Shown here in pieces: positions 1 through 11,240 of a stretch of DNA of 64,000 bases. The notes under the pieces were generated by a model. It ran no database searches. It worked only from the letters and a program-made list of their open reading frames with translations, and was not told the DNA's origin. Where the stretch lies: contig CM075985.1 in NCBI GenBank assembly GCA_038087875.1, forward strand, positions 21,018,001-21,082,000, in the 5' to 3' direction. Each line of letters opens with the position of its first letter. Within the stretch, counting starts at the first letter, position 1. Origin of the DNA: Malacoraja senta. Its lineage: Eukaryota. The position numbers and the translations under genes were made by a program.

Positions 1-606
1 CTGGTCTGCCTAACACTACCAGAATTGAGTGTTTCAATTAGATCCCTTCTCATTGTTCTAAACTCTGATGGACACATAGCTAATATATATTCCTACAATA
101 ATCCAGTCATTTCAGCAATTGGTTTGGTGAATCTTTGTCACATTGCTATTCGTTTACCATCACACATAGTGATGATAATATTAGGTGGTGCAAAACTGAA
201 AATAAACAGCAAAAATGGATCAATGCCAAAATTAATGAAATAAGGATGATACTATGAATGCTTACTAGAATACTCACATGTACAGTTAAACATGGAAATA
301 TCAATTTTTATTGGTTAATCTCTAGTCTTCCTCAGTGAGCTGTTCTGTAATGTTCTGCGGTTTATTCTCATGAAGTAAGCAAACTGATGACAGGGACAAG
401 TAGTTAATAAACTATTCTTTCTTTTGAAAAAGTCCTGAAAACATCAGAGATCTTTTGTATGACAACTTGGTTATTAAGTGGATTACTTCAAACATAATTT
501 AATCCCAATGATCATTTAAAAAAAAGCAAATTGTATGCACAACCAGTCTTCCAAATTTCAGATTTTTCACAAAATGCTTTGTACTTCAGCTTCCACTTTT
601 GAGTTA

Positions 607-926
607 AAGCCCTGTCCCACGGTACGAGTTCATTCCAAGAGCTCTCCCGAGTTTAAAAAAAATCAAACTCGTGGTAAGCACGGAGAATGAACGTAGCGGG
701 TACGTCAGAGCTCGGGAACGTCTCTTAGCGCTAACGGCAGGTACTCGGGAAGACTCGCTAATGGCAGGTAAGCACGGGAAGACTTGTGAAGATTTTTCAA
801 CATGATGAAAAATGTCCACGCGAGCCCCGAGTACCGATGAGTGGCCATTACCGTAAATCTCCGAGTTCGAATCAGGGCAAACTCGGGAGAACTCTTGGAA
901 TGAACTCGTACCGTGGGACAGTGCTT
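607..926. mobile_element. Non-autonomous PIF/Harbinger-type MITE (320 bp)
   Basis: Long terminal inverted repeats AAGCCCTGTCCCACGGTACGAGTTCATTCCAAGAG ... CTCTTGGAATGAACTCGTACCGTGGGACAGTGCTT. 3-bp TSD TTA at 604-606 and 927-929. No transposase ORF. CpG-rich against an AT-rich background. Confidence 0.85.
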
Positions 927-1277
927 TTACTGTGCATGTTTCTATCTTCATTTCACATTACAACCTTTTTAGTGTTGACCCACATTGTACTACATATTTC
1001 CCAATTTGCTGCTGGATATTTCCTGGTATAAATGACAGTGCACACTGCTCGATGGCAGCATTGTTAGTAGATGGCAGCACTTCTGGTGGATGTCACTGAT
1101 CCCACCAGAAGGGGAGCAGTTGTCCTCGTGAGAGAGAGCAAGTTGTGGGGAGATGGGTGAATAAGATGAGGATGAATGGAACCGATAGGATTGCTCTGCT
1201 TGAATCCGTTTCTGGTTGAAATGGGCTAAATGGCCTTGTAATGTTTGTTCACCTGATATGCCCAAAAATAATATTTA

Positions 1278-2860
1278 CAGTGGCTTGCAAAAGTATTCAC
1301 ACCCCTTGAACTTTTCCACATTTTGTCACGTTACAACCACAAACGTAAATGTATTTTATTGGGATTTTATGTGATAGACCAACACAAAGTTGTGCATAAT
1401 TGTGAAGTGGAAGGAAAATGATACATGGTTTTCAAATTTTTTTACAAATAAAAAACTGAAAAGTGTCGCGTGCAAAAGTATTCAGCCCCCTTTACTCTGA
1501 TACCCTTAAATAAAACCCAGTGAATAGAGTCCACTTGTGTGTAATCTAATCTCAGTATAAATACAGCTGTTCTGTGAAGGCCTCAGAGTTTTGTTAGAGA
1601 ACATTAGTGAACAAACAGCATCATTAAGCCCAAGGAACACACCAGACAGGTCAGGGATAAAGTTGTGGAGAGGTTTAAAGCAGGGTTAGGTTATCAAAAA
1701 ATATCCCAAGCTTTGAACATCTCACGGAGCACTGTTCAATCCATCATCCGAAAATGGAAAGAGTATGGCACAACTGCAAACCTACCAAGACATGGCCGTC
1801 CACCTAAACTGACAGGCCGGGCAAGGAGAGCATTGATCAGAGAAGCAGCCAAGATGCCCATGGTAACTCTGGAGGAGCTGCAGAGATCCACAGCTCAGGT
1901 GGGAGAATCTGTCCACAGGACAACTATTAGTCGTGCACTCCACAAATCGGGCCTTTATGGAAGAGTGGCAAGAAGAAAGCCATTGTTGAAAAAAAGCCAT
2001 AAGAAGTCCCGTTTGCAGTTTGCCACAAGCCATGTGGGGGACACAGCAAACATGTGGAGGAAGGTGCTCTGGTCAGATGAGACCAAAATTGAAGTTTTTG
2101 GCCTAAATGCAAAACGCTATATGTGGCGGAAACCTAACATTGCACATCACCCTGAACGCACCATCCCCACTGTGAAACATGGTGGTGGCAGCATCATGCT
2201 GTGGGGATGCTTTTCTTCAGCAGGGACAGGGAAGCTGGTCAGAGTTGATGGGAAGATGGATGGAGCCAAATACAGGGCAATCTTGGAAGAAAACCTGTTA
2301 GAGTCTGCAAAAGACTTGAGACTGGGGCGGAGGTTCACCTTCCAGCAGGACAACGACCCTAAACATACAGGCAGAGCTACAATGGAATGGTTTAGATCAA
2401 AGCATATTCATGTGTTAGAATGGCCCAGTCAAAGTCCAGACCTAAATCCAATTGAGAATCTCTAGCAAGACTTGAAAATTGCTGTTCACAGATGCTCTCC
2501 ATCCAATCTGACTGAGCTTGAGCTATTTTGCAAAGAAGAATGGGCAAAAATTTCAGTCTCTAGATGTGCAAAGCTGGTAGAGACATACCCCAAAAGACTT
2601 GCAGCTGTAATTGCAGCGAAAGGTGGTTCTACAAAGTATTGACTCAGGGGGGCTGAATACTTTTGCACGCGACACTTTTCAGTTTTTTATTTGTAAAAAA
2701 ATTTGAAAACCATGTATCATTTTCCTTCCACTTTACAATCATGCACCACTTTGTGTTGGTCTATAACATAAAATCCCAATAAAATACATTTACGTTTGTG
2801 GTTGTAACGTGACAAAATGTGGAAAAGTTCAAGGGGTATGAATACTTTTGCAAGCCACTG
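1278..2860 (+). mobile_element. Full-length Tc1/mariner DNA transposon, Passport (PPTN)-like, IR/DR type
   Basis: TA|CAGTGGCTTGCAAAAGTATTCA ... TGAATACTTTTGCAAGCCACTG|TA. About 210-bp TIRs, each containing two copies of TGCAAAAGTATTCA. TA TSD at 1276-1277 and 2861-2862. Internal transposase. Confidence 0.97.
1623..2642 (+). pseudogene. Tc1 DD34E transposase, 339 codons, inactivated by start ATG>ATT (1623) and TGG>TAG (2463-2465)
   Basis: One frame from [M]KPKEHTRQVRDKVVE through [19 protein letters not shown] and SPDLNPIENL*QDLKIAV to AAKGGSTKY-stop. 34 residues lie between the second D and the E. Closely resembles the Passport transposase as I recall it. Confidence 0.93.
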
Positions 2861-3455
2861 TAAAGATGACAACACAACAGATGTATGTGATCAGAGATGA
2901 GGACTGTTGCTTGGAAATTGACTGTAAAACTGAGTCAATAATTCCTCCTTATCATTTGTAAATAAATAGTGTAATCAACATATGAAGTTTGTGAGGGAAT
3001 GCACATTTTTGAATACGTATTTAATATCTCTGATATAAATGATATTTTGCCACCTTAATCAACAAACTTTATGTCCCTGAAAATCACTAGCCTACATTAC
3101 AAAAAGATGTCATGAAGCTTAATCCAAGCAAAACTGACTCAATATAAAAACCAAGAACTAACATGATAGAAAAATTGTGATCTAGAAAATTGGGAGGGGT
3201 GAGTAAAGAGCAAGTTGGTTAGAAGATACAGATGAACTTTCTATGACATGGAAAAACTCAGGTGAATACTGATGCATTTAAGGGAGGACAAGTGAACTAG
3301 TGAAATTAAGTACATGTACCACTTATAACTTAAAATATTTAAGGAAAAACAAGCCTATTTTAACTTGTTCAAAACACAGTAAATAAACAAGTATTTTATC
3401 TTTACAAGTGTTATTTAAAAAACCCTTGTCTCCTTCTCTTGATTTTTGGTTAATA

Positions 3456-4216
3456 TCTATACTATTACTAAAACTCTCATCTTGCGTTGTATTTAAATTT
3501 GTGCAAAAACGCTACCCCATATCGCTAGGATTACTAACCACCTTACTCACCGTTCTCCTCTGCTCCAAGCTACCAGGTTTTATTCCGATCGGTGGAAGAT
3601 TACAAAAGTTATGAAGGTTTAAAAAAATCGTGAGATCAGCAGATTGGTCTTCTCGCATGTCTGTCACCATGAAGGTAACGCCCCTTCCGGCACCCGCTGG
3701 AGAATAAGGTCCCAGAGGCGGGGCTGAGTCTGCAAGCCGTGCAGAGAAGAACGACCAGCGAAGCGCCCAGCGCCCGCTTTGAGTCCCCATCGCACCCCCA
3801 ACCCCTTCCCCTCTGGTCCCCCTCGCTTGCTCCTGCCCCCTCCCCCGTGATACCACATCTCCTCCATGGCTCTTCCCCGTCTTTTCTCCGAGCTCTCTCC
3901 CACCCAGCCCCCACACCCTTCCCCCCACACCCCAAACCCTCCCACCTCAACCCCCCCCCCACACCCCTCCCTCCAACACACCCCTGCCATCCACACACCC
4001 CTCTCCCACACGGCCGCTGCCCACACACCCATCTCCCCAACCCCCCCTGCCCACACATACCCTCCCAACATACCCCCCTCCCACATACCCCCCTCCCACA
4101 CATACCCCCCTCCCACATACTCCCCCCACACCCCTCCCCCAAACCAATCCCTCCCACATCCTCCCTCCCACCCCACACCCCCCGTGGTGACTGGGACCCA
4201 ACGGGTCCCAGTCTAG
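3456..4216 (+). mobile_element. Non-autonomous Helitron (~760 bp)
   Basis: 5' A|TCTATACTATTACTAAAAC. 3' perfect 11-bp hairpin GACTGGGACCC-AAC-GGGTCCCAGTC running into CTAG|T. Inserted between A and T with no TSD or TIR. Confidence 0.8.
3783..4183. repeat. C-rich low-complexity/degenerate minisatellite (CCCCCTCCCACA-like units) inside the Helitron
   Basis: Repeated ccctcccaca(c/t)a units. This explains the spurious Pro/His- and Gly-rich ORFs. Confidence 0.85.
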
Positions 4217-4439
4217 TATTTTACTATTTCCCAGATAATTCTCTTTAACTTTTTTTAACTTTCTAATTGATTTGTCCTGATATTTCCTTGTTATTTACTT
4301 TTTAAAATAAAATATACATTTTTGATCAAAGGATGAGAAAAAAATCACTGCTACATTAAGAGTTAAGATGGGTACTTAATAGTCATTAAATATTTTAAAA
4401 TAAAACAGTGGAGCACAAAATGTCATTTGGTAATAAAAT

Positions 4440-5131
4440 ATGTGCAACGGAGAGCAAGTTCCTTGGTGCTAATATTACCAATGATCTGTCGTGGACTGCG
4501 CGCAATTACATTGATGTGAGAGCCAAGGAGGCACACAAACGCCTATTCTTCCTCAGGAGAATGACAAAATTTAGTATGTCTCCAATGGCTCTTACAAAAA
4601 CACATCTATAGATGCACTGTATAAAGCATACTGTCAGGTTGCATCACAGTTTGGCCCAACCCCGAAATAAATTGTAGAGTTGTGGATGCAGTCCAGTCCA
4701 CCAAACAGAACAGACTTCCCACCATTGACTCCATCTACACTTCACGCTGCCTCTGAAAAGAAGCCAACATAATCAGAGACGTCCTTCTTTTCTTTGTTCC
4801 CATCTGGCGGAAGTTACAGAAGTTTAAAAGGGCGCATGACTAGATTCAGCAACAACTTCTTCCCCTTTTTTTCAGATTTCTGAACTGTCCTTCCATGCAT
4901 CAAGGTGCTGAATGATTCACCTCTACCCCACGAAGGATATTGGACTTTGTCTTTGAAACTGATGTGCAACAATGTGAAGAACTATATTCTGCACTGTACA
5001 TCTTCCCAATTGCTCTATTGTACTTGATTGTTAAACTTGATTGCATTTATGTATGGTATATCGTATCTGTTAGGATAATTAGTATGCAAAACAAAGGTTT
5101 TAATATGACAATAATAAACCTGAACCTAAAT
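4440..5131 (+). mobile_element. Decayed Rex-Babar-type LINE 3' fragment
   Basis: Translation KFLGANITNDLSWT...AKEAHKRLFFLRRM.KF is typical of the Rex1/Babar RT C-terminus. 3' tail tgacaataataaacctgaacctaaa. Confidence 0.7.
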
Positions 5132-6214
5132 AACATGAAGGAAGATGAATGGATAATTCTCTCCAGTTTCCAGCATTTCTGCAATGTAGATGGTAGATGC
5201 CATGAACATGGGCAATTTGTAATCTTTAGTCAAACAAAACCTTACAAACCTGTATCATATGAACCAGTAAATGTTGAAATTTAAAGTGAAGATATTCTTG
5301 AATGAATAATTAAATGTGAATTCAACAATCTACCAGCCAGACACATTCTTTTCTCTTTAAATGGAGTCCTTTAATAAATGATTCATGCTTGCCACAATAA
5401 ATATGATAATTCCAAGTCAGCGAATTGTAATATTATCTTTCTGACATATCAACATAGGAGAATTATCTCGTTACAGCTTGGGACACAATGCAACACTTCC
5501 TTCATTTTATAAATAGCTACTTAAGGCAGTGCCTTATAATTCATTCTAACCTACGTAATACATGAAATAATATCAGACTGCAAACAGTGAAATACTATTT
5601 CAAATGCAAGATTGCTATCCTAAATCATTTATACATGTAGAATTTCCCACTGGGCTAAATTAGATTTTAAACAGAAAACTTTATGAATTTAAAAAACAGT
5701 AATAAATTGCTTATGAGTTATTAAACAATGGCATCTGGAATTTCACAAAAAGAAAAGACACTTCCTGAATGGGTAATATGGATTTGATATCTTGCATTGA
5801 AACTCATTTATTAATTACATCACAGTTTATTACAGTACAATTTATTAATTCCTTTAGTGTAAAGTTAATTTTGCTCTCAAGTATTAAAATTAATTGAAAA
5901 CTTTCATCCAACTTTCTTTCATTGAGCCGAATTCTAAGAAAGTAATAATTTTTATATTAAGGTATTTTATATTTAAACAAAACTTCTCAAATTCCCTAGC
6001 AATTGAGTCGGAATAATTTAGAGATTATGCAATTAAAGCAACACACCACCAGATATTTCATTGCTATTATAGTGGCCAAAAAAAGCTACTAATATAGCTG
6101 ACTTTCCCCTGTAGCACTGGAGAAAATGCTAAAAATTATCTTCCAATTAAAGCATTTGCTTTCAAACATTTTATTTTTCTGCACAATAGAAATTTTCCAG
6201 ATTAAATGAACATA

Positions 6215-6950
6215 AAAACACAACGCAGAAAGGATCAATCAGCATCTGTGGAGGCAAAAGGTGTAACTTCACATGTCAGTTCCAAAACGTGTTTCAGAAC
6301 AGAAAGGCAACATAGTAGTATGAAAGTGGGTGGGATAGAAGTTGGTGGATGATACATGGAACCAGATGGGGAGGGGATGTCAGGCACTTAGAGCTAGTGA
6401 GACTCTGTACATGGCAGGAGAGCACCAGGAATGTGGGTTACTTGAAATTTTAAGAATTCAATGTTCATATCATTTGGCTGTACATTACCCAAGCAAATAT
6501 GAGATGTTGTTCTTCCAATGTGCGTTTGAAAATGTGCAAATCGGATGAAAAATATCATATTTGGGATGGGCAGTTTACAACCCAAAGGTTTGAACATTGA
6601 AATTTCCAATTTCCGGAGATCTTCTCTCTGGGACTTCTCCTCCCACACACTGTCCATTCAGCGTTCTTCTCCTTTTGTTCATTCCTCCCATGTCTTCTGC
6701 CATGTTGTTGTTCTCTGTGCCCATCATCCTCTCTCGATTTAGCACCACCAATTAGTCTCTGTCCCAACTCTTCCCCACCCGATTCCACAAATCACCCACA
6801 AGCCTCAGTGCCGCCACCCTTCCCACAGCTATATACTGGCAATATTTCCTGGTTCCTCAGCCCTGATGTTGCTTCTCAACCCAAAATGTCAACTAGTACC
6901 TGGGGCCTCCACAGATGCTGACTCGCCTGCAGCTTAATCAAGAATTTGGT
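6215..6950. mobile_element. Penelope-like element remnant: two 3' ends in inverted (divergent) arrangement
   Basis: Plus IFGMGSLQPKGLNIEISNFR (6545-) and minus ICLGNVQPNDMNIEF (~6450-6510) both match the GIY-YIG C-terminal L-x-T/S-x-x-P-x-G-L/M-N motif. Each is followed by the ...ccacagatgctg... terminal repeat. Confidence 0.7.
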
Positions 6951-7436
6951 TCTACATGCTTGCTTTCAGTTTAATGGAAAATAAACTTTGTATTAGCTTA
7001 TTTCACATTTTTGCACCACTTGGTCACATAATTGCAGTTTTATTTTTAATGTAATTTAGCTGTAGAATCATCATAGGCAGGAATTTATTTAATCATTTCT
7101 GACAGTTTAAATTTGTTACAAATGTCATAGTTAATGGTTATAGGATATAGGATCCCATACTGCATTGATCTTAAACGAGAAATTGAGAGTCAGATAATTA
7201 GCACTTGAATTTCAAAAGAATACCTCATCTATAAACAGACTATTTATTAATTTTGCTTCAGCATAATTCAAATATCCAAAACATTAACAAAAACATGTTT
7301 TAACAAAAACTGGAGGAACTTTGAGAGTGGGTAGTATCTGTGGAAGGAAATGGACAGATGGCATTTAGGGTTGGGACCAAAACATTATACAGGTTATGAT
7401 AATTTAGACTAAATAATCCTTCAACTTTGTGACCAA

Positions 7437-9125
7437 ACAATAGACAATAGACAATAGGTGCAGGAGTAGGCCATTCGGCCCTTCGAGCCAGCACGGCCAT
7501 TCAATGTGATCATGGCTGATCATCCCCAATCAGTACCCCGTTCCTGCCTTCTCCCCATATCCCCTGACTCCGCTATTTTTAAGAGCCCTATCTAGCTCTC
7601 TCTTGAAAGCATCCAGAGAACCCACCTCCACTGCCCTCTGAGGCAGAGAATTCAACAGACTCACCACTCTCTGTGAGAAAAAGTGTTTCCTCGTATCCGT
7701 TCTAAATGGCTTACTCCTTATTCTGAAACTGTGGCATCTGGTTCTGGAACGTGAATGGTGGCCGATTAGGAAAAGGGGAGATGCAACGAGACCTGGGTGT
7801 CATGGTACACCAGTCATTGAAAGTGGGCATGCAGGTGCAGCAGACAGTGAAGAAAGCAAATGGTATGTTACCATTTATAGCGAAAGGATTTGAGTATAGG
7901 AGGAGGGAGGTTCTACTGCAGTTGTACAGGGTCTTGGTGAGACCACACCTGGAGTATTGCTTACAGTTTTGGTCTCCTAATCTGAGGAAGGACATTCTTG
8001 CCATAGAGGGAGTACAGAGAAGGTTCACCAGACTGATTCCTGGGATGTCAGGACTTTCATATGAGGAAAGACTGGATAGACTCGGCTTGTACTCGCTGGA
8101 ATTTAGAAGATTGAGGGGGGATCTTATAGAAACTTACAAAATTCTTAAGGGGTTGGACAAGTTAGATGCAGGAAGATTGTTCCCGATGTTGGGGAAGTCC
8201 AGAACAAGGGGTCACAGTTTAAGGATAAAGGAGAAATCTTTTAGGACTGAGATGAGAAAAACATTTTTTACACAGAGAGTGGTGAATCTCTGGAATTCTC
8301 TACCACAGAATATAGTTGAGGTCAGTTCATTGGCTATATTTAAGAGGGAGTTAGATGTGGCCCTTGTGGCTATAGGGATCAGGGGGTATGGAGAGAAAGC
8401 AGGTACAGGATACTGAGTTGGATGATCAGCCATGATCATATTGAATGGCGGTGCACGCTCGAAGGGCCGAATGGCCTACTCCTGCACCTATTTTCTATGG
8501 TTCTATGTTTCCTGCCTCTAGCGTGTCCAAGCCCTTAACAATCTTATATGTTTCAATGAGATTCCCTCTCATCCTTCTAAACTCCAGAGTGTACAAGCCC
8601 AGCTGCTCCATTCTCTCAGCATATGACAGTCCCGCCATCCCGGGAATTAATCTTGTAAACCTACGCTGCACTCCCTCAATGGCAAGAATGTCCTTCCTCA
8701 AATTAGGGGACCAAAACTGCACACAATGCTCCAGGTGTGGTCTCACTAGGGCTCTGTACAACTGCAAAAGGACCTCTTTGCTCCTATATTCGATTCCTCT
8801 TGTTATAAAGGCCAACATGCCATTCACTTTCTTCACTGCTTGCTGTACCTGCAATCTTACTTTCATAGACTGATGTACAAGGACCCCCAGATCCCGTTGT
8901 ACTTCCCCTTTTCCCAACTTGACGCCATTTAGATAGTAATCTGCCTTCCTGTTTTTGCTACCAAAGTGGATAACCTCACATTTATCCGCATTAAACTTCA
9001 TCTGCCATGCATCTGCCCACTCCCCCAACCTGTCCAAGTCACCCTGCATTCTCATAGCATCCTCCTCACAGTTCACACTGCCACCGAGCTTTGTGTCATC
9101 TGCAAATTTGCTAATGTTACTTTGA
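7437..9125 (-). mobile_element. CR1 LINE 3' part (subfamily A), split by a nested CR1 (segments 7437-7750 and ~8506-9125)
   Basis: ORF 8495-9076(-) is a CR1 RT C-terminus (LQGDLD-like, KCEVIHFG, LVRPHLE). (TCTATTG)n tail at 7437-7456. The two segments are contiguous in the CR1 sequence. Confidence 0.9.
7751..8511 (+). mobile_element. 5'-truncated CR1 LINE (subfamily B), nested in opposite orientation
   Basis: Uninterrupted 221-aa ORF2 C-terminus (7751-8416), 3'UTR and TTCTATG(G/T) tail. Nearly identical to the copies at 28790-29544 and 42113-42885. Confidence 0.93.
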
Positions 9126-9315
9126 AAACCTTATAGCAATTTCTAACTTTTCCAGTGTCTTCTTTCCCGTTGCCATTACAACACAGATAAGTAGCAGTGA
9201 TCTTACGCAGACCAAAAAGAACAGTTCTTCCAGTCGTTATTTCCAGTTTAATTGGTTATTTATTGAAGTAGTTGTACAAACAAAGTGATGAACATACCAG
9301 GTTCTCCTTATTCCC

Positions 9316-9495
9316 ATACATAGATACATAGATACATAGAAAATAGGTGCAGGAGTAGGCCATTCGGCCCTTCGAGCCTGCACCGCCATTCAATACGATC
9401 ATGGCTGATCATCCAACTCAGTATCCCGTACCTGCCTTCTCTCCATACCCCCTGATCCCTTTAGCCACAAGGGCCACATCTAATTCCCTCTTAAA
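9316..9495 (-). mobile_element. Short CR1 3'-end fragment
   Basis: (TCTATGTA)n tail plus the same 3'UTR as the other subfamily B copies. Confidence 0.88.
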
Positions 9496-9606
9496 CAAGT
9501 TGTAGCTTTCTGTTCAACCCGATCTGGTGAGAACTGTGTACCCTCCAGTTCCTGTGCCTGGTCTGATCACTCCCTGTACCCTAAGCCCATATGTTACACC
9601 CCTCTA

Positions 9607-10140
9607 TAATAATAATAATAATACATTTTATTTATATAGCGCTTTTCAGGACTCAAAGTCGCTTTACATTGAGAGTCAAGAATAAACAAAACAAAATAGA
9701 GCAGTAAGACAGAGATGCAAAGGGGAGGGGAACATGGGACTAAGGGTATGCAGAGGTGAAGAGATGGGTCTTGAGGCGGGACTGGAAGATGGTGAGGGAC
9801 TCAGAATTTCGGATCAGTTGTGGGAGGGAATTCCAGAGCCTGAGAGCTGCCCTGGAGAAGGCTCTGCCTCCAAAAGTGCAGAGGTTTGATTTCGGAGTGG
9901 AGAGACCAGCTGATGTGGATCTGAGGGACCGTGAGGGTTGGTAGGGGGAGAGGAGGTCAGTGAGATAAGGGGGGGCCAAGTGGTTGAGGGCTTTGTAGGT
10001 GAGGACCAGGATTTTGTAGATGATCCGGTGGGAAATGGGAAGCCAGTGGAGATCTTTGAGAACTGGGGTGATGTGGTGCCAGGATTTGGTGTGGATAATG
10101 AGTCGGGCGGCTGCATTCTGGACCAGTTGGAGTCGGTTGA
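9607..10140 (-). mobile_element. L2-clade LINE 3' fragment
   Basis: LQLVQNAAARL...HITPVLKDLHWLPI..RI.YKIL...GGRAFS.AA.RLWNSLP. (TTA)n tail at ~9607-9623. Confidence 0.9.
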
Positions 10141-10489
10141 TGTTGCTGGAATTACTGATGTTGGATGTTGCTGATGCTCTATGCATCAAATGACCGCCCC
10201 CAAGTGTCCAAAATAATACTGCTAGAAATATCTAGTCAAAATAATATAATATGCCAACAGTGGCTAGCCTAAACATAAATGGCTCCTACACTATACTTGA
10301 CTAACAAATTGAGCACCATGATTTACAATGCTCAGTTATAATAAAGCAAAGCATTCGGCGCAATGTTCTATAATGGCATACTCATCGATTGCTTTTAAAA
10401 TTATATATCAATTTAAAACAAATAATGTGAGTACAGGGCTATATACTTGCATTAATGCCATATCTTAGTGCGTAACCCATGTTAGAGTG

Positions 10490-11240
10490 ATGATAGATGC
10501 AGTTTAATTCAGATAAATGTGAGGTGTTGCATTTTGGTAAGACAAACCAGGACAGGACTTGCACAGTAAATGGTAGGCCCCTGGAGAGTGTCATGGAACA
10601 GAGGAGACGGGTACATTGCTGTACTAAAAGTGCAACACAGGTAGATATGATTGTAAGAAAGTATCTAGCACATTTGCCTTCGTTGGTCAGGATGTTGAGT
10701 AGGTTGAGACGCCATCTTACAGCTGTATAATACATTAGTAATGCCATATTTAGAATATCATGTACAGTACTGGTGGGCCCTGCTACAGGAAGGATGACAT
10801 TAAACTGGAAAGAGTGCAAACAAATATTTATAATGGAATAACCGGGTCTAATGGGTTTGAGTTACAAGGAGAGACTGAGGGGTGATCTTAAGGAAATGTA
10901 TAAACTCACGAGGGGCATAAATAGGGTGAATAGCTACAATATTTTTCTATGGATAGGGCAGCCTAAAACTAGAGGGGCTAGGTTTAAGGTGAGAGATTAA
11001 AGATTGAAAGGGACTGAAGGGATATGTTTTTTCACACAGCGGGTGATGCATAGATGGAACGAGCTGCCAGAGGAAGTCACAGAAGCAGGTACAATTACCA
11101 CATTTACATGGATAGCAAAGGTTTCAAGGGATATGCGCCAAGCACAGTCAAGTAGAACTAGCTACGTTAGGCAACTAGGTCGGCGTGGACATGTTGGGTC
11201 AAAGGTCCTGTTTCCATGAAGCATAAGTCTATGACTGTAG
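10490..11240 (+). mobile_element. Decayed CR1 LINE 3' fragment
   Basis: MQFNSDKCEVLHFG and FFTQRV..WNELPEEV motifs with frameshifts. Ends in a tctatgact tail. Confidence 0.8.

Noticed and set aside
3512-4248. Several overlapping 100-180 aa Gly-rich or Pro/His-rich ORFs
   Set aside because: Artefacts of the C-rich low-complexity tract inside the Helitron. They are open in many frames and have no domain signature.
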